Assembly (NCBI GenBank): GCA_016784105.1
Contig: JADHVG010000001.1
Span: 16,238 to 48,237 of the forward strand
Direction: 5' to 3'
Length of the DNA stretch: 32,000 nt
From: Candidatus Woesearchaeota archaeon
Lineage (GTDB): Archaea > Nanobdellota > Nanobdellia > Woesearchaeales > GW2011-AR4
A program made the position numbers and the translations under genes. The notes beneath the pieces were generated by a model. That model did not search any database, had not been told where the DNA came from, and saw only the letters and a program-made list of their open reading frames with translations. Of this stretch, positions 24,051 to 32,000 are shown piece by piece. Numbering within the stretch: position 1 is the stretch's first letter; each line of letters starts with the position of its first letter.

Positions 24051-25031
24051 ATGGAATTACCATTTGAAAAAATAGAAAGAAAAGTTCTTGTCAAAAAGGA
24101 AGCAACAACAAACAAAGAGTTAGGATGCAACCCAGAAGATAGAAAAACAGAACAAATAATCAATTACGGAATTGTTAACATAAACAAACCTATAGGGCCA
24201 ACGTCCCATCAAGTTGCCGATTTTGTGCAAAAAATACTCCATATAAATAAATCCGGTCACGCAGGAACACTAGATCCAGGGGTGCATGGTTCTTTGCCAA
24301 CAGCACTTGGAAAAGGAACAAGAATCGTACAGGCTTTATTGAATAGTGGAAAAGAGTACGTGGGAATTATGCATCTGCACAAAGATGTTTCTGAAAGAAA
24401 AATAAAAAGTAACATAAAAAAATTTTTTACCGGAAAAATAAAACAGATGCCACCACTAAAGAGCGCGATAAAAAGACAGCTAAGAGAAAGAGAAATATAT
24501 TATTGGAATATTATGGAAAAAAATGGACAAGACCTATTATTCAGAGTTGGGTGTCAAGCTGGAACTTACATAAGGAAGTTAATACATGATTTAGGACAAA
24601 AACTAAAGGTTGGGGCTCACATGCAGGAACTGAGAAGAACAAAAGCCGGACCGTTTAGAGAAGATACATTATTCACCCTACAAGATCTTGCGGATGCTTA
24701 CTACTTCTATAAAGAAGAAAACAAGGATAAATTTCTAAGAAAAATAATACAACCAATAGAAAACGCAACTTTGCATCTAAAAAAAGTGTGGGTTTTAGAC
24801 AATGCAGTTGCCACAATCTGTCACGGCGCATCATTAAACGTTCCGGGAATTACCAAATTAAATGATGATATTGAGAAAGAAGACGTTGTTGCAATCATGA
24901 CACTAAAAGATGAACTTGTTGCTCTAGGTATTGCTAACTTAACTTCTAAAGAAATCATGAAAGAAGAGAAAGGGTTAGCCGTTAAGATAAATAAAGTGTT
25001 TATGGAAGCTGATTTGTATCAGATAAAATAA
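24051..25031 (+). CDS. cbf5: H/ACA RNP pseudouridine synthase Cbf5 (TruB family) with PUA domain
   Basis: Collinear with archaeal Cbf5: NINKPIGPTSHQV, GHAGTLDPGV, PPLKSAIKRQLR, QAGTYIRKLIHDLG, and the PUA region VATICHGASLNVPGI. TTTATTAAAA starts 30 nt upstream of the ATG. Confidence 0.93.
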   Translation: MELPFEKIERKVLVKKEATTNKELGCNPEDRKTEQIINYGIVNINKPIGPTSHQVADFVQKILHINKSGHAGTLDPGVHGSLPTALGKGTRIVQALLNSGKEYVGIMHLHKDVSERKIKSNIKKFFTGKIKQMPPLKSAIKRQLREREIYYWNIMEKNGQDLLFRVGCQAGTYIRKLIHDLGQKLKVGAHMQELRRTKAGPFREDTLFTLQDLADAYYFYKEENKDKFLRKIIQPIENATLHLKKVWVLDNAVATICHGASLNVPGITKLNDDIEKEDVVAIMTLKDELVALGIANLTSKEIMKEEKGLAVKINKVFMEADLYQIK

Positions 25032-25049
25032 AAATTGAACCTTAATTTA

Positions 25050-25057
25050 TTTTTTTT
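25050..25057 (+). terminator. oligo-T terminator after cbf5
   Basis: A T8 run lies 19 nt after the stop codon. Confidence 0.5.
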
Positions 25058-25116
25058 CTATATTGACAATATTGATTTTGTTTATAAACTATTTAAATAT
25101 TTTAATAAAAAATGTA

Positions 25117-25153
25117 AACTAGTATACAAAATCGTAACATTTATATACTAGTT
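25117..25153. promoter_or_regulatory. 10-bp inverted repeat overlapping the ftsZ TATA box
   Basis: AACTAGTATA (25117-25126) and TATACTAGTT (25144-25153) are separated by 17 nt. The right arm overlaps TTTATATA (25140-25147). Confidence 0.4.
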
Positions 25154-25216
25154 GCTCAATTGATATTAATACTAAAAATAATAAAATACTACCAAGTTAG
25201 GTATTGAGGTGATAAA

Positions 25217-26293
25217 ATGGATTTTATTGTAAAAGAAGCGGTTAAAAATTCCCAAAACATAGACTATGACACAGATAGCATGGTAGGCCAAGCTAACATC
25301 AAAGTCTTTGGAGTAGGAGGAGCAGGAAGCAACATGGTTTCCTGGCTATACAAAAAAGGTATCAAAGGTGCAGAAATTATTGCTGCAAACACAGATCAAC
25401 AACATTTGAACCTAACAGGATCTGACAAAAAATTTCTTATCGGAAAAGATCTAACTAGAGGTCTTGGTTGTGGAGGATTCCCAAACAAAGGAGCGGAAGC
25501 AGCACAAGAAAGTATGGGAGAGATCAAGGAAGCTCTTAAAGATACAGACATGGTATTTGTTTGCGCAGGTATGGGCGGAGGCACAGGAACGGGAGCTGCT
25601 CCAGTAATTGCCCAAACAGCAAAAGAACTGGGAACGATAGTTATTGGAACAGTGACCATGCCTTTTAGCATAGAACGTGCTAGAATCGATAAAGCAGAAT
25701 TCGGATTGCAACAATTAAGGCAAGTTTCCGATACTGTTATCGTTATTGACAACAATAGACTTGTGAGCATCGCTGGAAATCTTCCAGTACAACAAGCCTT
25801 TGCAGTTGCAAACGAACTAATCTCAACAATGATCAGAGGAATAGTTGAAACGATTGCAGTACCAAGCCTAGTTAACTTAGACTATGCAGACGTTAAAGCA
25901 ATCATGACAAATGGCGGCGTAGCTGCTATCGGTGTTGGCGCATCGGACACAACAAACAGAGTAGATGAAGCAGTAAAAGGAGCATTAAGCAACCCTTTAC
26001 TGGAGATATCCTACAAAGGGGCCACTGGTGCTTTAATCCACATTGAAGGAGGCCCAGACATGACACTAGACGAAGTATCGAAAGCTGGAGAGATGGTAAC
26101 AGAATCCCTGGATGTGGATGCAAACGTCATATGGGGAGCTAGAGTTTCAGATGAAATGAAAGGAAAGCTAACAATAATGACCATAATAACCGGTGTCAAG
26201 AGTCCGTGGATAATTGGAAAAGAAACCCAACAAACACCACAAGAAGCAGGCAACGAAATAAGCAGTGAGTTGGGCATAGATTTTGCTCAATAA
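25217..26293 (+). CDS. ftsZ: cell division GTPase FtsZ
   Basis: Motifs are GVGGAGSNMV, the tubulin signature GMGGGTGTGAAPVIA, and NLDYADVK. GAGGTGAT lies 3 nt before the ATG. Confidence 0.95.
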   Translation: MDFIVKEAVKNSQNIDYDTDSMVGQANIKVFGVGGAGSNMVSWLYKKGIKGAEIIAANTDQQHLNLTGSDKKFLIGKDLTRGLGCGGFPNKGAEAAQESMGEIKEALKDTDMVFVCAGMGGGTGTGAAPVIAQTAKELGTIVIGTVTMPFSIERARIDKAEFGLQQLRQVSDTVIVIDNNRLVSIAGNLPVQQAFAVANELISTMIRGIVETIAVPSLVNLDYADVKAIMTNGGVAAIGVGASDTTNRVDEAVKGALSNPLLEISYKGATGALIHIEGGPDMTLDEVSKAGEMVTESLDVDANVIWGARVSDEMKGKLTIMTIITGVKSPWIIGKETQQTPQEAGNEISSELGIDFAQ

Positions 26294-26294
26294 A

Positions 26295-26307
26295 TTTTTT
26301 TATTTTT
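26295..26307 (+). terminator. oligo-T terminator after ftsZ
   Basis: TTTTTTTATTTTT begins 2 nt after the stop. Confidence 0.55.
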
Positions 26308-26399
26308 ACTTATAGGGAAAAAGAGGTGAATTTTTTTCTTTTTTTTATTTATTTTTGGATTACAAAAACTATTTAGATTCTTAGACTAAACTATATGTT

Positions 26400-26756
26400 A
26401 TGGAATCAGATTCTATTGTTATTGGAAGTGTAGCTGCTGGTTTGTTTGCAGGTTCAGTGGCAATTAATTATGCCCTGACTGAACATATCCTCCCAAGAGT
26501 AGATGCTTTTGTTGGAGAAAAGCTTGCTAATAAATCTTCAGATAGAGTTATATCTGTTGACCCTAGAACCAGCTTTGAAAAATTCATGAACAACAGAGGA
26601 TATGACCTGTTTTGGCAAATTTTCGATGACGATGCAGGACTATTAGATTATTGTCCTTGTCCAAACCCTAATCCAGATACAAAAACTGGAAGATTAGCAG
26701 CAGAAAACGGATATTTCAAAAGACAAGAAGAACCCACAAAACTTCCATTTCAATAA
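26400..26756 (+). CDS. hypothetical protein with N-terminal TM helix
   Basis: 118-aa ORF. The TM helix is IVIGSVAAGLFAGSVAINYAL, followed by a hydrophilic domain with the CPCPNPNPD motif. No family recognised. Confidence 0.5.
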   Translation: MESDSIVIGSVAAGLFAGSVAINYALTEHILPRVDAFVGEKLANKSSDRVISVDPRTSFEKFMNNRGYDLFWQIFDDDAGLLDYCPCPNPNPDTKTGRLAAENGYFKRQEEPTKLPFQ

Positions 26757-26810
26757 TTATTCTTTAAAACAATCTAAAAAATTATAAAGTGATTTTAATA
26801 ATATCATTCT

Positions 26811-28115
26811 ATGACAAAAGTATTCATACAAACGCATGGATGTACTGCAAACTTGGTAGAAACTCAAAGCATGATGGGGTTATTGCAAGAAGCAAGCTTC
26901 AAGATTGTGGATGATCCAGAGTACGCAGATGTCAACATAATAAACATCTGTACAGTTAAGGGTAATAATGTTGCTTTGAAGAGCATTAAGGATATTGTAA
27001 CACACTATCCTGACAAAAAACTAATCGTTACGGGATGCATAACCCAAGACATTATCAAACCAATAAGAAACCTACATGAAGATACTTCTTTGATTAACAC
27101 ACACAACATTCACCGGATCGTGGATGCAGTTGAAGAAAGTTTACAAGGAAATTTTTTAGAAGCTTTAACCCAAGAAAGAATCAACAAAGTAATCTTACCA
27201 AAAATAAAAACCAATAATGTCATAGGGATAATTCCAATAGCATCAGGTTGTGCAGATAACTGTGCTTACTGTTCTGTCAAACAAATAAAAGGAGACATTT
27301 TTTCTTATCCAGAAGAGTTTATCATAAATGAGATAAAAAAAGCATTGAAATCTGGCTGTAAGGAAATTTGGTTAACATCACAAGACAATGGATCTTATGG
27401 CCTTGATAAAGGCGAAAGAAAACTACACTTGCTTCTCCAAAAAATACTTGATGAAATTCCTGGAGACTATAAACTAAGATTGGGAATGACCAACCCACGA
27501 CACATAATCGAGATAACAGACAACTTAATAGAAATATTCCAAGATGATAGGATGTTCAAGTTCATCCACCTACCTGCTGAATCCGGAAACAATGAAATTC
27601 TGGGAAAGATGAATCGGAAATATACTGTGCATCAGTATCGAGAGTTAGTTGACAAGCTCAGAAGATACGTAAAGGACATCACAATAGCATCAGACCTCAT
27701 TGTTGGTTTTCCAGGTGAAACAGAACTGCAATTCCAAGATTCTTTACATCTCATACAAGAAACAAAACCGGATGTACTGAACGTAGCAAGATTTTCCCCT
27801 AGACCAAATACCCTGGCAAAAAAGATGGAAGGTCAAATTTCTAGTGATGAAAAGAAGGAAAGAAGTCAAGCAATGGCCGACCTATATTTAGGAATAGCTT
27901 CCAAGAAAAACAAAGAATGGATTGGTTGGGAAGGAGAACTAATAATAGACGAGAAAAGTAAAGACCAAACATTTATTGGAAGAAATTTTGCGTACAAACC
28001 AATAACAGTAAAAGGAAATCTTAAGCTTGGAGATGTAGTTCAAGTAAAGATAAAAGATGCTTCTGCTCATGACCTAACAGGAGAAATAATAAAAGAAATT
28101 TCTTTAAAAAAATAA
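26811..28115 (+). CDS. radical-SAM methylthiotransferase, archaeal/eukaryal MtaB (CDKAL1-like) type
   Basis: It has the N-terminal UPF0004 domain (THGCTANLVETQ), the radical-SAM cluster CADNCAYCSV, and a C-terminal TRAM-like domain. TTATAAAG starts 29 nt upstream of the ATG. Confidence 0.88.
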   Translation: MTKVFIQTHGCTANLVETQSMMGLLQEASFKIVDDPEYADVNIINICTVKGNNVALKSIKDIVTHYPDKKLIVTGCITQDIIKPIRNLHEDTSLINTHNIHRIVDAVEESLQGNFLEALTQERINKVILPKIKTNNVIGIIPIASGCADNCAYCSVKQIKGDIFSYPEEFIINEIKKALKSGCKEIWLTSQDNGSYGLDKGERKLHLLLQKILDEIPGDYKLRLGMTNPRHIIEITDNLIEIFQDDRMFKFIHLPAESGNNEILGKMNRKYTVHQYRELVDKLRRYVKDITIASDLIVGFPGETELQFQDSLHLIQETKPDVLNVARFSPRPNTLAKKMEGQISSDEKKERSQAMADLYLGIASKKNKEWIGWEGELIIDEKSKDQTFIGRNFAYKPITVKGNLKLGDVVQVKIKDASAHDLTGEIIKEISLKK

Positions 28116-29495
28116 TTAACCTAATTGAATCTTAGCTTTTCTTGCTGCATTCCTAACAATCTCAGGCAATGCTGGATGAACATAAATCATATTCAGAAGG
28201 TCGTCTACTGTTGCACCAAAAGTCATCGCATAAATAAGTTGATGAATCATTGTTGCTGATTCATCCCCTAGGATTCTTGCACTTATTAACTTTTTAGTTT
28301 TTTTATCTAATATCAGTTTGCAAAATTCTAATTCAGAAAGTCTTGCCATTCCTTGGGCAGATTGCTTGTAAAGATTGATACCTGTAACATATTTTATCTT
28401 TTTAGCTTTTAACTCTTCTTCAGTTGGACCTACAGCCCCTATCTCCGGATGTGTAAAGACCGCGTAAGGCATCGGAGGATACTTAATAGGTTTTTTTGAT
28501 TTTCCGAACAATTGTTTTAGTAAATATTCTCCTTCAAAGTTTGCAGAATGACGGAACATGTAATTTCCAACAACATCCCCCATAGCATAAACTCCCTTTA
28601 CAGCTGTTTCCAGATGCTTGTTAACTTTAATAAAACCAAACTTGTTAGTTTTGATCTTAGTATTCTCTAAACCAAGATTCTTAGAATTTGGCTTCACACC
28701 AGTAGCTAAAAGCAAAGCATCTCCTGAAACTTTCTTGATCTTATTTTTCTTATCTTTGATAGTTATTGTGAACTTCTTGTTATTATAAGCTATTTTTTCA
28801 ACACCAACTTCAAATAAAGTTTTATGAGTTTTCTTGAAAACTTTAGTGAACACTTCGGAAACTTCTTGATCTTCGCGCACAAGGAATCTTGGATATCTCA
28901 ATAAATAAGTAACATCACTACCATAAGAAGAATAAGCATGACCTAACTCACAAGCAATATATCCCCCACCAATAATCAAAAGTTTCTTTGGAAGTTTCTT
29001 GCTTCCTAAGGCTTCCGTGGAGGTCATAAACGGAGTTCCTTTAAGGCCTGGAATCGGTGGAACATTTTTCTCAGCTCCTGATGCTATGACAATTTTTGGA
29101 GCAGTTATCAGCTTCCCAGTTACTTTGATAACTTTATCAGAAACAAATTCTGCATGTCCATGATAATAATCCAAATTTTTAGCATTTTTGTAAGACCTTC
29201 CAATAGAACTTGAATCAGAATCAACAACTTTAGAGATTCTTGAAGTTATTTTACTAAAACTAGGAATTTTAACAGTTACGTTAACTCCCAGCTTCTTTGC
29301 TTCCTTAGCCTGCATTATCACATCAGCAGGATGAATCAGCATCTTAGAAGGAATACAACCCCGGTTCAGACAAGTTCCACCTAACTTCCATTCTTCTACG
29401 ATGGCAGTTTTCTTGCCCATTATGGAAGCAGGAGTTGAAACCTTGGTTCCGGCACCTGCACCAATAACAATAAGATCATATTTTTTCACTTTCAT
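28116..29495 (-). CDS. class I pyridine nucleotide-disulfide oxidoreductase (dihydrolipoyl dehydrogenase/glutathione reductase family)
   Basis: Motifs are the FAD fold YDLIVIGAGAGT, the redox-active disulfide GGTCLNRGCIPSK, a second Rossmann fold LLIIGGGYIACE, and C-terminal HPALPE. The physiological substrate cannot be told from sequence. Confidence 0.85.
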   Translation of the reverse strand: MKVKKYDLIVIGAGAGTKVSTPASIMGKKTAIVEEWKLGGTCLNRGCIPSKMLIHPADVIMQAKEAKKLGVNVTVKIPSFSKITSRISKVVDSDSSSIGRSYKNAKNLDYYHGHAEFVSDKVIKVTGKLITAPKIVIASGAEKNVPPIPGLKGTPFMTSTEALGSKKLPKKLLIIGGGYIACELGHAYSSYGSDVTYLLRYPRFLVREDQEVSEVFTKVFKKTHKTLFEVGVEKIAYNNKKFTITIKDKKNKIKKVSGDALLLATGVKPNSKNLGLENTKIKTNKFGFIKVNKHLETAVKGVYAMGDVVGNYMFRHSANFEGEYLLKQLFGKSKKPIKYPPMPYAVFTHPEIGAVGPTEEELKAKKIKYVTGINLYKQSAQGMARLSELEFCKLILDKKTKKLISARILGDESATMIHQLIYAMTFGATVDDLLNMIYVHPALPEIVRNAARKAKIQLG

Positions 29496-29541
29496 TTTTT
29501 AGAATTGAATTTATTTATTTTATATTTATAAGATTATTGGT

Positions 29542-30108
29542 TTATGCTTTGCCTTTACTTTCCCCCAACTCTATTCCGGCAGCAATAATATGGGAATACC
29601 TAATGGCTTCTGGGATGTTGCTTTTTGTACATACAATTTTAAGGATTTCTTTTGCTCTTTCCAAAGTAATTCCAGATAACTGGCAATATATTTTTCCAAC
29701 TTTTTCTATGTTTCCAGCACGTTCCAGTAATTTTATTTTATTTTTCTTATTTATTTTAATCAAAATTTCTCTTATTTTCTTTAAGTTAGGTTTCTTCCTT
29801 ATTATGATGATAACCGGGATCTTTGTTTTTTTGCTTAACTCTTTAATGTCAATGATGTTAAAACCACCAACAGCAATGCCATCCAATAAGATACCTTGAA
29901 GTTGAGGTTTAAAACGACACTTGTTTACCATCTCTGCAATTTTTTGAGTTGCGTTATTACCATCAACTCTTGCTTTAGTTGAAACAACACCATCTAAGGA
30001 ACAACCACCACGAAAAATAGAACCAACAATCAAAACATCGCCTTTCTTCTTAAACTTATGAGGAGCATCATCAATCCCAATAACACGAATCTCTTTTTTG
30101 ACCATCAT
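29542..30108 (-). CDS. DUF99/UPF0215 family protein
   Basis: [34 protein letters not shown] and [12 protein letters not shown] are collinear with archaeal UPF0215 proteins. The ATGA start overlaps the recombinase stop. Confidence 0.75.
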   Translation of the reverse strand: MMVKKEIRVIGIDDAPHKFKKKGDVLIVGSIFRGGCSLDGVVSTKARVDGNNATQKIAEMVNKCRFKPQLQGILLDGIAVGGFNIIDIKELSKKTKIPVIIIIRKKPNLKKIREILIKINKKNKIKLLERAGNIEKVGKIYCQLSGITLERAKEILKIVCTKSNIPEAIRYSHIIAAGIELGESKGKA

Positions 30109-30863
30109 AACAGTTTTGCAAGGTTCTTTATATCTTTATTAGCAACATGAGTATAAATTTGAGTAGTCTTAAGATCTTTATGACCTAAAAGCTGCTGAAT
30201 ATATCTAATATCTGCACCATTTTCTAATAAATGAGTAGCAAAACTATGCCTTAAAGTGTGAGGCGTCACTTTTTTCTTAATTCCTGCTTTTTTAGCAGCA
30301 TTTTTAACAATCTCCTGGACTGACCTTTGAGAATATTTGGTTCCTCTTGATGATTTAAAGACAGAGTTTTGCATTGGCTTTATATCTTTTAACCTTTCAT
30401 GCAAAAAAATTATTCTGTCCTTACTTCCTTTTGTTTTTTTAAGGTGAATTATTTCCCTCCCATAATCAATATCTTCCAATCTTAAATTTATCAATTCATC
30501 CAGCCTCAACCCGGCATAATAAAGGAACATTATAACCTGCTTATGGTTTATATTAAATGTTAAATTAATCATTTTTTGAACCTCTTCTTTGCTTAAAACT
30601 ATCGGAAGCTTATGATGAGCTTTAGCCAAAGGAATTTTTTCTTTAAAACTTTTATTCAAAAATTCTTTATGATAAATTTGCAAAGCAAAATAAGAAGTTC
30701 TAACAGAAGACCTACTATTATCAGATTTTTTTAACAGAAACTCTTCAACACTTTTTTTAGATTTAAGAAAATTTGAAACAATATTCAGATATGATTTTAT
30801 TGTTTTTGGAGAATACCCCTTCAGTTTCAACAAACCCCCAAATCCTTCAATTGAACTTTCCAT
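30105..30863 (-). CDS. tyrosine recombinase/integrase (Xer-like, short form)
   Basis: The C-terminal catalytic region is [39 protein letters not shown] (R, H-x-x-R, H, Y). The N-terminal SAM-like domain contains [12 protein letters not shown]. Confidence 0.88.
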   Translation of the reverse strand: MESSIEGFGGLLKLKGYSPKTIKSYLNIVSNFLKSKKSVEEFLLKKSDNSRSSVRTSYFALQIYHKEFLNKSFKEKIPLAKAHHKLPIVLSKEEVQKMINLTFNINHKQVIMFLYYAGLRLDELINLRLEDIDYGREIIHLKKTKGSKDRIIFLHERLKDIKPMQNSVFKSSRGTKYSQRSVQEIVKNAAKKAGIKKKVTPHTLRHSFATHLLENGADIRYIQQLLGHKDLKTTQIYTHVANKDIKNLAKLL

Positions 30864-30867
30864 CCAT

Positions 30868-30949
30868 CCTATTTAGCGCAATCCCTATAAATAATTTCGC
30901 AATAACCCATAAATAAGTTCACATAACGAAATAAACCGCGCTAAATAGG
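30868..30949. repeat. 12-bp perfect inverted repeat flanking a 58-bp spacer, with internal CGCAAT direct repeats
   Basis: The arms are CCTATTTAGCGC (30868-30879) and GCGCTAAATAGG (30938-30949). Direct repeats CGCAAT-N-ATAAATAA start at 30877 and 30898, and a third CGCAAT is at 30957. Confidence 0.6.
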
Positions 30950-31162
30950 TGTTATACGCAATTAAATTTTCACTATTTTCTTTTTAGAAAAAAGAAACAA
31001 AAAGGGGGATTTTCTAAAACAAAACGGGGCACACTCTTATGGTGCTACGCACTTTATATTTTTCTTTACAGAATCGAGGGCTTAACGAAACATTTATATA
31101 TGTATTAATATTGTATCTATATTGTGGCTAAGAATATATATTAATGTATTTAACTATGAGGT

Positions 31163-31444
31163 ATGCAAAAAGAGATGGTAAACGCAATATCATTATTGAA
31201 ATCGAGTGGATATCGCTTAAAGATAATCAAAGCTATCGGAAAAGATACGGTAACTCCATCTGAAATTGCGAATAAAATAGGGATACGTTTAAATCATGTT
31301 AGTATGTTTCTTAAAGAATTAAAAGAAAATAAACTAGTAAAATGCCTTAATGAAGATACAAGAAAAGGCAGATTATATGAATTAACACAGTTGGGGGAAA
31401 ATGCAATCAACAAACTTACAAATGGAAAAGCCCAAAAAATTTAA
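31163..31444 (+). CDS. small winged-helix (ArsR-like) DNA-binding protein
   Basis: 93 aa. RLKIIKAIGKDTVTPSEIANKIGIRLNHVSMFLKELKENKLVKCLNEDTRKGRLYELT is a typical wHTH plus wing. Confidence 0.7.
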   Translation: MQKEMVNAISLLKSSGYRLKIIKAIGKDTVTPSEIANKIGIRLNHVSMFLKELKENKLVKCLNEDTRKGRLYELTQLGENAINKLTNGKAQKI

Positions 31445-32000
31445 AGACGAAAGTTGGGACTTTAGGAAATCATTTACTAAATATAATAATCATGGTTTCC
31501 ATACATATCCTGCTATGATGATTCCTCAAGTAGCAAGAAGATTAATAGAAATGTATGGAAAAGATAAAGAAATTCTTTTAGATCCATTTATGGGTTCAGG
31601 CACAGCACTTTTAGAAGCTTCTATTCATAAGAATTTTAAAAAAGCTTATGGTATAGATATAAACCCTCTTGCACTTTTAATATCAAAAGTTAAAACAACC
31701 CCTATTAATCCAGAACAATTAAAAAAAGAATATACAAAATTAATTGCTCAGTGCAATTCTGATAAAAATTCAGTAGATTCCAAACAGAAAAAAATTGATA
31801 CCCCTGATTTTTTTAATATTGAATTCTGGTTTAAACCAAATGTGATAACAGATTTATCTGTCATTAAACATAATATTAACAAGATTAAAGATAAAAATGT
31901 AAAAGATTTTTTTTTAATTGCCTTTTCCGAAACAGTTAGAAATGTATCCAATACTCGAAATAGAGAATATAAACTTTACAGAATGAGTAAAGATATGTTA
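31422..32000 (+). CDS. DNA methyltransferase (N6-adenine or N4-cytosine type), 3'-truncated by window end
   Basis: Not in the track because the reading frame is open to the window end. My translation is MEKPKKFKDESWDF...HTYPAMMIPQVARRLIEMYGKDKEILLDPFMGSGTALLEA...GIDINPLAL. The H-x-x-P...DPFxGSGT SAM-binding motif is present. It overlaps the wHTH gene by 23 nt. Confidence 0.7.
   Translation, partial: MEKPKKFKDESWDFRKSFTKYNNHGFHTYPAMMIPQVARRLIEMYGKDKEILLDPFMGSGTALLEASIHKNFKKAYGIDINPLALLISKVKTTPINPEQLKKEYTKLIAQCNSDKNSVDSKQKKIDTPDFFNIEFWFKPNVITDLSVIKHNINKIKDKNVKDFFLIAFSETVRNVSNTRNREYKLYRMSKDML

Noticed and set aside
25396-26277. Four minus-strand ORFs (25396-25770, 25451-25714, 25926-26123, 26011-26277).
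   Set aside because: They lie entirely antisense to the unambiguous ftsZ reading frame. Their Cys/Ser/Pro-rich translations are typical of antisense frames.
26324-26331. An orphan GAGGTGAA Shine-Dalgarno-like sequence downstream of ftsZ, suggesting a hidden small gene.
   Set aside because: No start codon with sensible spacing opens a frame of meaningful length. The best is about 16 codons of poly-Phe/Leu.
29537-29899. 120-aa plus-strand hydrophobic ORF.
   Set aside because: It is antisense to the DUF99/UPF0215 gene, whose translation matches a known family. The hydrophobicity is a consequence of the A-rich coding strand opposite.
30864-31162. Possible tRNA gene or tRNA fragment as an integrase target next to the recombinase.
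   Set aside because: I could not fold any cloverleaf or find a T-loop-like GTTCRAATC box here or elsewhere in the window. A tRNAscan or Infernal run would be needed to exclude degenerate fragments.
31748-31951. 67-aa minus-strand ORF.
   Set aside because: It is antisense to the methyltransferase frame, which is open from 31422 to the window end and carries the SAM-binding motif.
1-32000. The idea that the window is bacterial (for example CPR), because of MetK, CoaD, CoaE and SD-led genes.
   Set aside because: RpoK, eS17, eS19, eL39, eL31, Cbf5 with a PUA domain, the PDCD5-like protein, BRE/TATA promoters and oligo-T terminators are archaeal hallmarks. The bacterial-type genes are better explained as acquired.

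Overview
This is an AT-rich (roughly two-thirds A+T by eye), gene-dense archaeal chromosome segment, most consistent with a small-genome DPANN-like archaeon. That lineage call is inference. Archaeal/eukaryal-type information genes are present: rpoK, eS17, eS19, a PDCD5-like DNA-binding protein, eL39, eL31, Cbf5, FtsZ, AlaX, archaeal-type MtaB and an Lhr helicase. They are interleaved with clearly bacterial-type MetK, CoaD and CoaE. The centre of the window (12.3-19.1 kb) holds a complete group 3b [NiFe]-hydrogenase (sulfhydrogenase-like) operon, hydB-hydG-hydD-hydA plus the maturation endopeptidase. Its start codons overlap an EamA transporter and an unrecognised protein whose C-terminus looks like HypC. 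A small-membrane-protein/hypA/hypC operon converges on it. The right end (29.5-32 kb) looks accessory: a tyrosine recombinase translationally coupled to a DUF99/UPF0215 gene, a repeat-rich spacer, and a wHTH gene overlapping a DNA methyltransferase that runs off the window. Five observations seem most worth follow-up. (1) The HypC-like fusion protein at 17648-18361. (2) A proteasome/Anbu-like Ntn-hydrolase candidate with a long C-terminal extension (8397-9530), whose leaderless start would expose Thr as the N-terminal residue. (3) Two tandem paralogous small genes, each behind an identical 38-bp promoter module containing a perfect 14-bp palindrome (4568-5415). (4) Twin palindromic operators between a wHTH regulator and a membrane-protein gene (6615-6674). 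(5) Lys/Glu-rich tails on eS19 and eL31, plus an unknown gene inserted between eL39 and eL31. I found no rRNA, tRNA or CRISPR array. All family assignments come from motif recognition by eye; no database search was run.
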